DNA from: an uncultured Acidimicrobiaceae bacterium | Lineage (GTDB): Bacteria; Actinomycetota; Acidimicrobiia; Acidimicrobiales; Bog-793 | Length of the DNA stretch: 64,000 bases | Direction: 5' to 3' | Assembly: GCA_963841155.1 (NCBI GenBank) | Contig: CAWJBM010000005.1 | Location: forward strand, 264,475-328,474 | In this document: positions 47,201 through 56,214 of the stretch, in pieces | Position numbering within the stretch: the stretch's first letter is position 1 | Layout of the letters: each line of letters opens with the position of its first letter | The notes under the pieces: model-generated | What the model was told of the DNA's origin: nothing | Databases searched by the model: none | What the model saw: only the letters and a program-made list of their open reading frames with translations | Translations under genes and position numbers: made by a program

Positions 47201-48820
47201 GTGGCTGCGCACGCGCGTTCCGAGAGTATCGATGACCTGTCCGAACGCGCCCTAGCAGCCGCGTCACCTGAGGACCGCGCCCGCTGCCTGGAGGATATTG
47301 AAGCGGCGTTCGAGAAGGCCTCTGACCCAGTGGAACGGGGCCAGTTGCTCATCTGCCGGGCCCAAGTGCACCATAACCAGTACGAGTACCGTCTGGTGCT
47401 CGATGACGCCCGGGCGGCGATGGCCCTGTTCGAGGAGGCCGGCGAAGCGGACCTGGCCGTCGACGCCGCCAGCCGCGCTGCCGTGCTCGCTTCGCGGTTG
47501 GGTGAGCAGCCGCTGGCCGCCGATCTGGTCACCAAGACCGTTCTTGGGTTGGCTGCGGTCCATGACAAGAGGCTGACCGCTGCGGTCGCCAACCGCCTGG
47601 GCGCCTTCTGTTGCTCGTTGCTCGATTATGACCGCGGCTTGGCGTACTTCGAAATGGGGTTAGCCGCCGCGGAGCACGCCGAGGACGGTTACCTTGCCTG
47701 CCTCGAGCTATATAACATCGCCAATACCCTGCTCCTGGCCGTGCGTGCCAATCGCGCCTCGGACCCGTCGGAGTCGCCGCTGCGCCCCGAGGACAGCAGC
47801 CGCCTCGAGCGGGCGGCGCAGGTGCTGGAGCGACTGCTGGCAGAGGTCACCCCAGAGCGGCAACTGTCACTTAGCGCGCAGCTGCTGCGGGCGGAGCTAC
47901 TCGCGGACACGGGCCACCCGCGCGAAGCATTGGAGGCGTTGGACGCCATCACCGACGCGGCCGGTAGGGCAGGTCTCGCAAACGACGCCCAGAGAGCTGC
48001 CTTCGCTGTTGTCGAGTCACACTGCCGGCGCGATCTTGGCCAGAACGGCGACGCCGTCGCCGCAGCCGAAAGGGCAGTCCAGCTAGCTCAGGCCAGCGGC
48101 GATGACTACGAGCTGATGCTCACCCTGGAGGAGCGGCTGGCTGCCAAACGGGCGGCCGGCGACCTCGCAGGTTTTGCCGCTGACGCCCTGGACGTGAAGC
48201 GGCTGATATGGGCCGTCCACCAACGTCAGACAGTTCAGATCGCAGAGCAGGTCTGGGAGCGCGCCGCCTCGGAACAGGAACGCCGTCAGTTCGAGGAGCA
48301 GGCGGCTGCCGCGGTCCGCTCCGCCGAAGAGGACGCCCTCACCTGCATAGGCAACCGCCGCCGCCTGAAGCGTTTTTTGGACGACGCGGCCGAGACCCCG
48401 GCCACGCTCGCGCTCGTCATGGCCGACATCGACCTCTTCAAGGAGGTCAACGACGCCTTTGGCCACGAGCTGGGCGACATGGTGCTACGGGCCTTGGGCG
48501 GGCTGTTGGCCGCGGAAGCCCGCTCGGGCCAGGTCGTCGTACGCTACGGGGGAGATGAGTTCGTTTTCGCCATGCCTGGTGCCGATCTGGCCGCGCCGGC
48601 GAACTTCGCCGAGCGCGCGCGGCTAAAGGTGGCCTCTTACCCCTGGGTGGAGCTCGACCCACGGCTCGCGGTTACCATCAGTCTCGGTGTCTCTTCGGGC
48701 AGGTCGGACGAGTGGCCTTCGGTCCTTGCGGAGGCGGACAGCGCTCTTTACCTGGCCAAGCGCCGTGGCCGCAACCGTGTCGAGGTGGCCACCCGCGCGC
48801 TGGAGCAGACAGCGGGTTGA
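47201..48820 (+). CDS. GGDEF diguanylate cyclase with helical-repeat N-terminal sensor domain
   Basis: 539 aa. 'DIDLFKEVNDAFGHELGD' and 'RYGGDEFVFAM', 'ALYLAKRRGRNRV'. Confidence 0.85.
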   Translation: MAAHARSESIDDLSERALAAASPEDRARCLEDIEAAFEKASDPVERGQLLICRAQVHHNQYEYRLVLDDARAAMALFEEAGEADLAVDAASRAAVLASRLGEQPLAADLVTKTVLGLAAVHDKRLTAAVANRLGAFCCSLLDYDRGLAYFEMGLAAAEHAEDGYLACLELYNIANTLLLAVRANRASDPSESPLRPEDSSRLERAAQVLERLLAEVTPERQLSLSAQLLRAELLADTGHPREALEALDAITDAAGRAGLANDAQRAAFAVVESHCRRDLGQNGDAVAAAERAVQLAQASGDDYELMLTLEERLAAKRAAGDLAGFAADALDVKRLIWAVHQRQTVQIAEQVWERAASEQERRQFEEQAAAAVRSAEEDALTCIGNRRRLKRFLDDAAETPATLALVMADIDLFKEVNDAFGHELGDMVLRALGGLLAAEARSGQVVVRYGGDEFVFAMPGADLAAPANFAERARLKVASYPWVELDPRLAVTISLGVSSGRSDEWPSVLAEADSALYLAKRRGRNRVEVATRALEQTAG

Positions 48821-49474
48821 CATGGCCGGTCACGGTGCGGCGTCCCCACCGACAAGCAGCGTTGGCGGACGGCCAATGTCTATGTGGCGGTCGAGGTCCA
48901 ACACGACGCTCGTCCAGCGGCCGTCGCCGCCTCCGGCTTGGGGTTCCTCGAGGAGCCAGCCCACGCTCTTGGCGCCAGGGTACTGTCCCGTCCAATGCTG
49001 GCGCTGACCTTGCAACCAATACGGCCCGCCCCGCCCGGCGAGCGGCCCGCAGGACCAACGAGATCGGCCCGTGGCTCGGGGACAGCTGTGTCGGCCGCGG
49101 GACGCTGCATGTCACAGGCAGCGACCCAAGGCGGTCCTACCCGCCGGCAGCAGCCCGAGTGATGGGCCGGCGGTCTCACCGCACGCTGGACACCTTTGTG
49201 AACTGACCATAACCGCCAGCGACAGCGCCTCTTTGTTGACCACTAGGACGAGCGCTTAGGATCACGTCCACCGCGCGCCGCACAGCTCGCACTGGCCGCC
49301 CGCTCACTGCGCTCAGAGACCGCGCAAGCGCCATAACCGGACGTTCGGGACGCCCGACCTTCTGCAGGACCCCACGACGAGCGGGCTCGGACTGTGATTC
49401 TGCGCGTGTTCGCGAGGGTGAGGATTGACTATCCACGCAACGCTGCGGAGACGGGCCGCTGATAGCGTTGCTCC

Positions 49475-49651
49475 ATGGGTGGACGAGCGACCATCGTGCT
49501 TTACGTGCTTGCGCTCGTCGCCGTCGTGGTCGGTGTTGACGTTCTGTTCTTCAAGCACCACTTTTGGCCACGCCTGATGGTCAACGTTGGCATTGTCCTA
49601 GTATTTGCGGCCTTCTACCTACGGTTCCAGGCCGCACTCGGCGGTAAGTAA
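49475..49651 (+). CDS. 58-aa two-helix small membrane protein (weak call)
   Basis: 'MGGRATIVLYVLALVAVVVGVDVLFFKHHFWPRLMVNVGIVLVFAAFYLRFQAALGGK'. Found by reading the DNA; below the track cut-off. Confidence 0.4.
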   Translation: MGGRATIVLYVLALVAVVVGVDVLFFKHHFWPRLMVNVGIVLVFAAFYLRFQAALGGK

Positions 49652-50094
49652 GCGCCTTCTGCAGTTCGGCTACCCGCCCGCAGGCCTCTTGGACTCCGGC
49701 ATTTCAGATCACACCATCTGTGCAAGGTGAGAGACCGAGGGCAGCCGTTGAAACCGCCCAGATCGACTCGGCGTGCGCACCAGATCCCGGCCGATTATCG
49801 TGCGTGCTCCCCAGCACTTCGAGCAGCGCGGTGGGTGTCGTTCCGGCGCGTCACCGTTTCGGCGACTGGGCGACTCGCCGTCTGACGGTGACGCCGACTT
49901 TCGTCTGGTCGCGCGGAGTCGACAGTATTGCTGCCGGAAACCGTGGAGTTGTCTCAGGCGGTTGTGGAGCCCCTGGTGAGTGACAGTCTCGAAGACTAAA
50001 GTTTGGGCGGCGACGGCGTGCGAGTGCCGATTGCTGGCAACCGTGGTGGCCTGTTTGTGCGAGCCAGGAGTGTCGTGGTACGTCGGGAGTCGAC

Positions 50095-51405
50095 ATGGCA
50101 CAGAGATTTCGAAGTGGTTCTTGGGGTTTCGGGGTTTCAGCTGCCCTAGTGATGTGCATCGTGGCTTTGGCGGGGTGCAGCTCCAGCACGTCGCCTCCTG
50201 CGGCCACGTCGACGTCGACGACTCCGTCAACCTCGACCAGCACAACAATCGCATCCACAGGCTGCAAATCCCACAAGGCCGACTCCTATTCACGGGCTGT
50301 GCTGTCTGACTCGCCGATCGCGTACTTCCGGCTCGACGAATCGTCCGGGCCGACGATGTGCGACTCGTCGGCATCAGCGAATGACGGCACCTACGTTTCC
50401 GGGGTGCACTTCGGCGTGCCGGGGGCCATCGCCGGTGACTTTGCGGTAGCTGCTGTCTCTCCGAGCTCAGGTGTGGGTACAGGAGGTCCCGGCTCGGGCC
50501 TGACGGGCGATCACAGCTTCACACTAGAAGCGTGGTCCCGTAGCACCGGAACCGCTCGCGACCAATCGCTGGTCAGTATGGGCGAGGCAGGCGAGGGCAA
50601 CGTCGCCGGGCTGTCGACCTGGACGGGCGACACAGGGAACGGCACTCCCAGCCAATTGGTTCTCGACCTCTACGTTGGGGTGGAGAACGCGAGCACGCTC
50701 CCCATCTGGGATACCAGAACTGTCGGCGTGAACCTCTGGGACGGCAAATGGCACTACCTCGCCATCACCTACAGCGCCGCGGCCGATAAGGTAACCGGCT
50801 ATGTCGACGGGCACGACCTGGGCGCGCTCACCCCTGTCACAGCAATCAACCTGTCGGCGAGCAAGATCCGGATCGGGTACTGGCTTGACAGCTACATCAA
50901 CCAGGGCATGATCGGGGACGTGGATGAGGTGGCGGTCTACCCAACTGCCTTGTCTCCGGCACGGGTCCGAGCGCACTTTCTTGCCAGTGGAAGATCCACG
51001 TCCACCTCCACGTCCACGTCCACGTCAGTACCGGTCACTGGCAAGAGGGTGGCGTTGGGGACGAACAATCCCGCCCAAGGAGACTGCGCGACGAACGTCA
51101 ACGAGGCGGCTACCTCTGTCGGCTTTGTGGTGCTGAGCGTTACGGCCAGCTCATTCCAGGCGGAGATCCAGCTTCAAAAGGGCTCTCCGAACACGACCTA
51201 CGCGGTGCTCATGCAGCAGGTCCCAGGATCGTGCCCTCAAACATCGGACAACGGCGGCACACTGACCACCGACTCGACCGGCCGTGGTCATGCGTCCCCC
51301 AGCGTGCCGCGCGTGCCCGGCGCGACCACCTTCTTTCTGCAACTGCTCCCTGCCGGATCAGGGGCGCCTCAGTTCACCAGCGACCGCGTCTCATCCGGCT
51401 CGTAA
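50095..51405 (+). CDS. Secreted LamG/concanavalin-A-like lectin-fold lipoprotein
   Basis: Lipobox 'IVALAGCSSS'. 'YFRLDESSG', 'WHYLAITY' and 'IDEVAVYPTALSPARV' are typical of LamG_3 domains. (ST)n linker. Confidence 0.7.
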   Translation: MAQRFRSGSWGFGVSAALVMCIVALAGCSSSTSPPAATSTSTTPSTSTSTTIASTGCKSHKADSYSRAVLSDSPIAYFRLDESSGPTMCDSSASANDGTYVSGVHFGVPGAIAGDFAVAAVSPSSGVGTGGPGSGLTGDHSFTLEAWSRSTGTARDQSLVSMGEAGEGNVAGLSTWTGDTGNGTPSQLVLDLYVGVENASTLPIWDTRTVGVNLWDGKWHYLAITYSAAADKVTGYVDGHDLGALTPVTAINLSASKIRIGYWLDSYINQGMIGDVDEVAVYPTALSPARVRAHFLASGRSTSTSTSTSTSVPVTGKRVALGTNNPAQGDCATNVNEAATSVGFVVLSVTASSFQAEIQLQKGSPNTTYAVLMQQVPGSCPQTSDNGGTLTTDSTGRGHASPSVPRVPGATTFFLQLLPAGSGAPQFTSDRVSSGS

Positions 51406-51886
51406 GGGAAACCACCGCAGCCCTCAGCCCTGTTGCCGAGGCGAAGGCGAGCAGCCCCTCACGCATCGCCCCCGCGACCTCGGCCAGTGCGAGGGTCACT
51501 TCCCCGGGAAGGCCCTCCAGCTCAGCGGCCTCGTCCGCTCGCGCCACGATGGCGACAGCTACTTGCTTACTCAACGCCAAGCAGCGGCAGAGGGCAACAC
51601 CACCAGGCGGCGTGACCGGTGTGGGAGCGGGCGCTGACTATCGCTGGTAGACCGCGCTGCGCGGTGACAAGTCCGCGTCGTCCTGCCCCTCTAGCGCGTT
51701 GGAGAATTGGCCAGGAGCGCTCGTCGGCGGCTGTCGCGCACAGATCGCCGTACCGAACCTCGACCAGTTGACGCCGGTCCGTCGCGCCTGATCGACGGAT
51801 CTCGAGCGCCTCCTCCGAAACGGAGAGCATCTCAGGCGTGCGACGAATTGCGCAGCTGTCGCGCGGGCATTCCCGTGCTTGCTCAC
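51374..51886 (-). pseudogene. Degraded transposase N-terminal (HTH) remnant, multiple frames
   Basis: 'SKHGNARATAAQFV...' resembles IS481-type N-termini. The adjoining frames show only vague similarity. Confidence 0.25.
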
Positions 51887-51925
51887 CGGATCGTCGTCCG
51901 GGAACAGTCGACGCCGAGCGGATCT

Positions 51926-52062
51926 TCAGTGCTCGTAGTGATACCTGGCCTGGAGGATTACGACGTCATCGCCGTCGACTAGGTACACGAGGCGGTGCTC
52001 CTCGTCGATCCGCCGCGACCAGCAGCCCTGCAGAACATGTTTCAACTGTTCGGGCTTGCCGA
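51926..52062 (-). pseudogene. Truncated yoeB copy (3' 135 nt)
   Basis: About 93% identical by eye to 52690-52826. Encodes '[44 protein letters not shown]'. The N-terminal half is replaced by integrase sequence. Confidence 0.75.
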
Positions 52063-52200
52063 GCGGTCCACCCGCACATGCCGGCGCAGGAAGTCGACGC
52101 GATCGACGGTGAGCCCGAAGCATTCGCCCTGGCGCAGTCCCATTGCGACGGCAAAGACGATCAAGGCCCTGTAAGGCTCAGGAACCACCGGCAAGAACGA
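52063..52200 (-). pseudogene. Integrase internal fragment fused to yoeB'
   Basis: 52063-52159 is almost identical to 63905-64000. Encodes '[40 protein letters not shown]'. Confidence 0.65.
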
Positions 52201-52416
52201 AAACGCAGGCCAGACGCCGGTTTGGCGCGCCTGGCGGGAGGTGGTGATGGCGAGCCGGCCTGTAGGCAGGGAACAGCTCAACAGGGCCTCTGACCTGCGG
52301 TTTTGTCTCTCCAAAAGGGGCTCGGTCCTCAGCTGGTCCTCAGTTCGCCGGGTTCTCGGACCCTCTGAGCGCAGTTCGGACGACCGATAGGCAGCCCGAT
52401 CTGAGACCATGAAGCG

Positions 52417-52659
52417 ATGGCAATCGAGTCCCTCGACCTCATAGACGCCGACCCAGCGGTCGTGCACGGGCAGGCCCGGATTCGCGGGACCCGCATCCCG
52501 GTGAGCGTGATCCTCGACTACCTCGCCACGGGAATGACCGAGGAGCAGATTCGCGCCGAGTACCCGTCACTGCCTCGAGGCGCCGTCGCTGCCGCCCTTG
52601 CCTACGCGGCCCTTCTCGCGCGTGACGACCTGCACCCGCTCGAGCCTTCGCCGGGGTGA
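52417..52659 (+). CDS. DUF433 domain protein (antitoxin-like), partner gene absent
   Basis: 80 aa. 'DPAVVHGQARIRGTRIPVSVILDYLATGMTEEQIRAEYPSL'. Confidence 0.8.
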   Translation: MAIESLDLIDADPAVVHGQARIRGTRIPVSVILDYLATGMTEEQIRAEYPSLPRGAVAAALAYAALLARDDLHPLEPSPG

Positions 52660-52689
52660 GCGGTAATTGTCCGAGAACAGTCGTCGTCT

Positions 52690-52950
52690 TCAGTTCTCGT
52701 AGTGATACCTGGCCTGGAGTATCACGACGTCGTCACCGTCGACTAGGTACACGAGGCGGTGCTCCTCGTCGATGCGCCGCGACCAGCAGCCCTGAAGAAC
52801 ATGTTTCAACTGCTCGGGCTTGCCGATCCCCGTCAGCGGATCGCGGAGTACCGCTTCGAGCAGGCGATTGATCCGCTTGCTCGTGGTCCGGTCCGTCGCT
52901 TGCCAGTAGAGGTAGTCCTCCCAGCCGTTTGGCGTGAAGACGAGACGCAC
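52690..52950 (-). CDS. yoeB: Txe/YoeB-family type II toxin (mRNA interferase)
   Basis: 86 aa. 'FTPNGWEDYLYWQATDR', '[10 protein letters not shown]', '[13 protein letters not shown]', 'RYHYEN'. Confidence 0.9.
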   Translation of the reverse strand: MRLVFTPNGWEDYLYWQATDRTTSKRINRLLEAVLRDPLTGIGKPEQLKHVLQGCWSRRIDEEHRLVYLVDGDDVVILQARYHYEN

Positions 52951-53192
52951 TACGTGATCTCGTGCTCTTCACGTTGTCCATCGAGTGACTGTCGGAGGCT
53001 CTCGAGCAGGCGACGGGCATTGGCCGGAACACGGAGCAGGTAGGCCGTCTCTTGAAGCGCGTCGTAGTCCACTCGGGACATGAGGACGGCATCGCCCCGC
53101 TTCGAGGTGATCTCGACCGGTTGGCGGTCCTCATTCACCTGCTCGATCAGCGGGAAGAGGTGCTTCCTCGCCTCGCTCGCGGTTATCGCCAC
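52950..53192 (-). CDS. yefM: Phd/YefM-family antitoxin
   Basis: GTG start giving 'VAITASEARKHLFPLIEQVNEDRQPVEITSKRGDAVLMSRVDYDALQETAYLLR'. 1-nt overlap with yoeB. Confidence 0.85.
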   Translation of the reverse strand: MAITASEARKHLFPLIEQVNEDRQPVEITSKRGDAVLMSRVDYDALQETAYLLRVPANARRLLESLRQSLDGQREEHEIT

Positions 53193-53471
53193 GGCCGTCT
53201 CCTCTCCCACTGGTACATCATACGGTACCAGTGCGCGTTCCACCCACCCTGTCGCGCCCACGCTCTTGCCGCCGGTCTTCCGGTTTCGTCGTCGTCGTGA
53301 TCGTCGTCGTGATTGTCACGCACTTGGCCGCCTCATCCGCCGCCCCTCCCGCCCATCGGTGCCGGCCCAGATACCGACCAGCTCGGGCGAGGCGAGGGCG
53401 TAGCAAGACAGTCACGTCGCCGCGTGACATGAGCGCTTGTGAGCGGGAGCCTCTTCCCAGACACCGATTAG

Positions 53472-53738
53472 TTGTATTACACTTATTGGGTGGAGGTCCA
53501 TCCGTCGGCTCGGCGCCACCAGGTCCCTGACGCAGACATCTCCCATGCCTACGAGCACGCCATCGCCTGGGTGGAACTGGACGACGATCCCTGCCGATAT
53601 CTGGTGGCCGGGCCCGACCGAGCAGGCATCCTCCTCGAGCTCGTCGTTCTTGAACTGCCTGACACCGTGCTCGTGATCCACGCCATGGCCCTGCGACGCT
53701 CAACTCGACACGAACTATTCGGAGACGAATCATCATGA
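53472..53738 (+). CDS. Small toxin-like protein coupled to an RHH protein
   Basis: 88 aa. 'HPSARRHQVPDADISHAYEHAI...LVIHAMALRRSTRHELF'. ATGA overlap with the downstream RHH gene. Family not recognised with certainty. Confidence 0.45.
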   Translation: MYYTYWVEVHPSARRHQVPDADISHAYEHAIAWVELDDDPCRYLVAGPDRAGILLELVVLELPDTVLVIHAMALRRSTRHELFGDESS

Positions 53739-54019
53739 CGAAGAGAACCTACGGACACACTCGAAGCGGTGAACCCATCGACGACGCCATGATCGGACGC
53801 CTTGCTGACGAAGCCGAAAAGGGCTACGAACCCGGTGAGCTGCTGGCCAAGCCCCGCGGCCGCGGACGCCCCCCTCTTGGCGAACTCGCAAAAGAAGTCG
53901 AATCTGTCCGACTCGACGTGCAACTACGAGACGAGACCACCCGGCGAGCCGCTCAGGAAGGCATCACCGTCTCGGAACTAATCCGTCGAGCGCTGCGGCA
54001 GTACCTCCGCGCAAGCTGA
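53735..54019 (+). CDS. Ribbon-helix-helix (CopG-like) protein, putative antitoxin
   Basis: 94 aa. C-terminal 'SVRLDVQLRDETTRRAAQEGITVSELIRRALRQYL'. Confidence 0.7.
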   Translation: MTKRTYGHTRSGEPIDDAMIGRLADEAEKGYEPGELLAKPRGRGRPPLGELAKEVESVRLDVQLRDETTRRAAQEGITVSELIRRALRQYLRAS

Positions 54020-54078
54020 ACTCCTCTCTCGCAGGGGTGGAACCACTTCTGGGACACCACGCGATGGCGCCGCGCGGG

Positions 54079-54321
54079 TCAACGACGGTGACCGCTCTGA
54101 ATGGTCTGTGTCCCCCGATGGTCGCCCTGCCGTTCTGGATGGCGAGCACCGTCGAGCCAGGCGGCGATTTCGGCCGGGTCGAATCTGATGAACCAACCGA
54201 CCTTCAGGTAGGGCACCCTTCGTTCGGCGATGAGCCGGCGAATGTGGCGGATGCTCACCCCGAGCCGCTCGGCGAGCTGGTCGATGGTGAGGAGCTGGGG
54301 CAGGGCGTCAGTATTGGCCAT
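54079..54321 (-). CDS. Excisionase-family helix-turn-helix DNA-binding protein
   Basis: 80 aa. 'LLTIDQLAERLGVSIRHIRRLIAERRVPYLKVGWFIRFDPAEIAAWL'. Confidence 0.75.
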   Translation of the reverse strand: MANTDALPQLLTIDQLAERLGVSIRHIRRLIAERRVPYLKVGWFIRFDPAEIAAWLDGARHPERQGDHRGTQTIQSGHRR

Positions 54322-54484
54322 TGGTCTCCTTGAGCGTCGTGGTGTTGGGTGCAGACGAGGCCGGCGCCGACTGGATGACAGATGGTGACGAGCCTCTACT
54401 AAGGAGGCACTGGGGCGTCCAGGCTAAGTGCGCGCATCCCACCCGGACCCTCGTTCACCACCAGAACGCGGCCGTACCAAGTCG

Positions 54485-54784
54485 ATCAACCAAACACAAT
54501 GACATTCACCATCCTTCACCATCAATAACCTCTATCTACCAACTAACAACCCACTCACATCCTCACCCATTTCCTCGCCCTTCCCCCTTCCATTAACCCA
54601 CTCCTCTCATTCCCTCTTTCCCCATCACCATCGCCATCTTCCCGCTTCACACTCTCCATCCACTCTCTCCTCCCCACTCGAACAACTTTCCCATTCACCA
54701 TCACTTACCTTCCTTGACCTCTTTCTACCCAACATCAAACAACCCCTTTACTTCACCTCCATTCCTGCTATAACCACAAACCAA
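54485..54784 (+). other. About 300-nt G-depleted (C/T/A-only) tract upstream of the relaxase gene
   Basis: My manual count gives about 7 G in 300 nt on the + strand, in a genome that is otherwise G+C-rich. Contains four '(T/A)TCACCATC' copies (54505, 54515, 54624, 54694). Multiple in-frame stops in all + frames. Confidence 0.8.
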
Positions 54785-54795
54785 GAGGAACACGT

Positions 54796-55115
54796 TTGCA
54801 ACTTTCAGTTGGCGAGGAGGTAGTGCGCGTGGCGTGGATGCGGATGATGGGAGCCGACTCTGTCGACTACCACGAGCACACCGTCGCCGGCCGCGGTGAC
54901 GACCCGGTCGCTGCCTCCGGTGAGTACTACGCCTCGCGAGGAGAGACTCCGATGTCCTGGGGAGGCTCCGGGCGCGGGCTGCTCGGCCTGGCCGGTGAGG
55001 TGGACATCGCTGATTACAGGGCCCTCTTCGGCATCGGTGGTGCCCACGACCCTCGCACCGGCCGGCGTCTCGTGGGCTGCCTGCGTCCCGGTCTGGAGCT
55101 CGTGGTCTCCCCTCA
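54796..55115 (+). pseudogene. MobF (TrwC/TraA-type) relaxase, 5' fragment upstream of the RIT insertion
   Basis: 'MGADSVDYHEHTV...GEYYASRGETPMSWGGSGRGLLGLAGEVDIADYRALFGIGGAHDPRTGRRL...LELVVSP', then the reading frame runs into the RIT end. Confidence 0.75.
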
Positions 55116-55224
55116 TTTATGCCGCGCTCGGCATAAGGAGATTTATGCCGAGTTGTTGATTATGCCGAGTAGACGCACGAATGTCCCGAGTTTCGGGGGG
55201 AGCCGGTCCGAGGAGTCGGCATAA

Positions 55225-56214
55225 TCACAGCGAGTCCAAGAAGGCGAGCAGCGCGTCCGGAGGACGGTAGCGGCCCGGTGGCGTGCCGGGTGGGGCGGCA
55301 AGAGCGAGCGCCCGCTCCTTCATAGCGAGGTCGGCGTGGAGGTAGATCTGCACCGTCGAGAGCTGCTCGTGCCCGAGCCAGAGCGCGATGGTCGAGATGT
55401 CCACGCCTCCTTCACGAAGAAGCATTGCGCACGTGTGCCTCAGCACGTGGGGGGTGACGTGCTTTGCGCCAAGCGACGGGCAGCGTTGCCCGGCCACATC
55501 GGCGTGACGCGCCACGAGAGACTGGACGGCGTCGGAGCTGAGCGGCCCTCCACGGCGACTGGGGAACAGCGGGTCCGCCGGGTCACCCTGGCGCTCGTCG
55601 AGCCAGATGGCGAGCGCCGCTACTGCGTCCGGCCCGAGTGGTGTGACGCGCTCCTTGCGTCCCTTGCCGAGGCATCGCACGTGCGCACCTCTCGAGAGCA
55701 CGACGTCTGTGCAGCGCAGCCCGGTGAGCTCCCCGAGTCGCAAGCCCGTGTGCACCGCGAGCATGAGCAGGGCATGATCGCGCCGTCCGCACCAGCAAGA
55801 GCGATCGGGAGCAGCCAGCAACGCCTCGACCTCGGGGCGGGTGAGGAAACAGACCACCGCCCGCTCGAAGCGCTTCTGCGGGATCGCCAGCACGCGCTGG
55901 ATCGATGCCCCATGTTCGGGGTGGGAGAGCGCGGCGAAGCCGAACAAGGCGCGGATGGCGGCCAGGCGGGCATTGCGTGTCCGGGCGCTGTTGTTCCTCT
56001 GGCGCTCGAGGTGCTCAAGGAACGCCCCGATGAGTGGAGCGTCGAGATCGGCCAGGTCGAGCTCCTGTGGCGGGCGGCGGGTCCGTTCCGAGGCAAAGCG
56101 GACGAGCAGCCGGATGGTGTCGCGATATGAGGCGACGGTGGCTGGGCTCGCCTCTTGCTGGAGGGCGAGCCTCGTCGTGAAGAACGCCTCGAGAGTCGGC
56201 GCGAGGCGGCTCAC
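55225..56214 (-). CDS. Tyrosine recombinase, third gene of the trio (RitC-like)
   Basis: 329 aa. 'TGLRLGELTGL', 'TPHVLRHTCAMLL', 'WLGHEQLSTVQIYLH'. Confidence 0.85.
   Translation of the reverse strand: MSRLAPTLEAFFTTRLALQQEASPATVASYRDTIRLLVRFASERTRRPPQELDLADLDAPLIGAFLEHLERQRNNSARTRNARLAAIRALFGFAALSHPEHGASIQRVLAIPQKRFERAVVCFLTRPEVEALLAAPDRSCWCGRRDHALLMLAVHTGLRLGELTGLRCTDVVLSRGAHVRCLGKGRKERVTPLGPDAVAALAIWLDERQGDPADPLFPSRRGGPLSSDAVQSLVARHADVAGQRCPSLGAKHVTPHVLRHTCAMLLREGGVDISTIALWLGHEQLSTVQIYLHADLAMKERALALAAPPGTPPGRYRPPDALLAFLDSL

Noticed and set aside
50990-51035. Hexanucleotide tandem repeat (tccacg)n
   Set aside because: It simply encodes the (Ser-Thr)n linker of the LamG lipoprotein and is not an independent element.
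54321-54596. 91-codon plus-strand ORF running into the G-free tract
   Set aside because: Its second half is an artefact of a sequence that cannot encode most amino acids (a His/Pro/Ser/Thr string). It has no RBS and overlaps the xis-like gene start.
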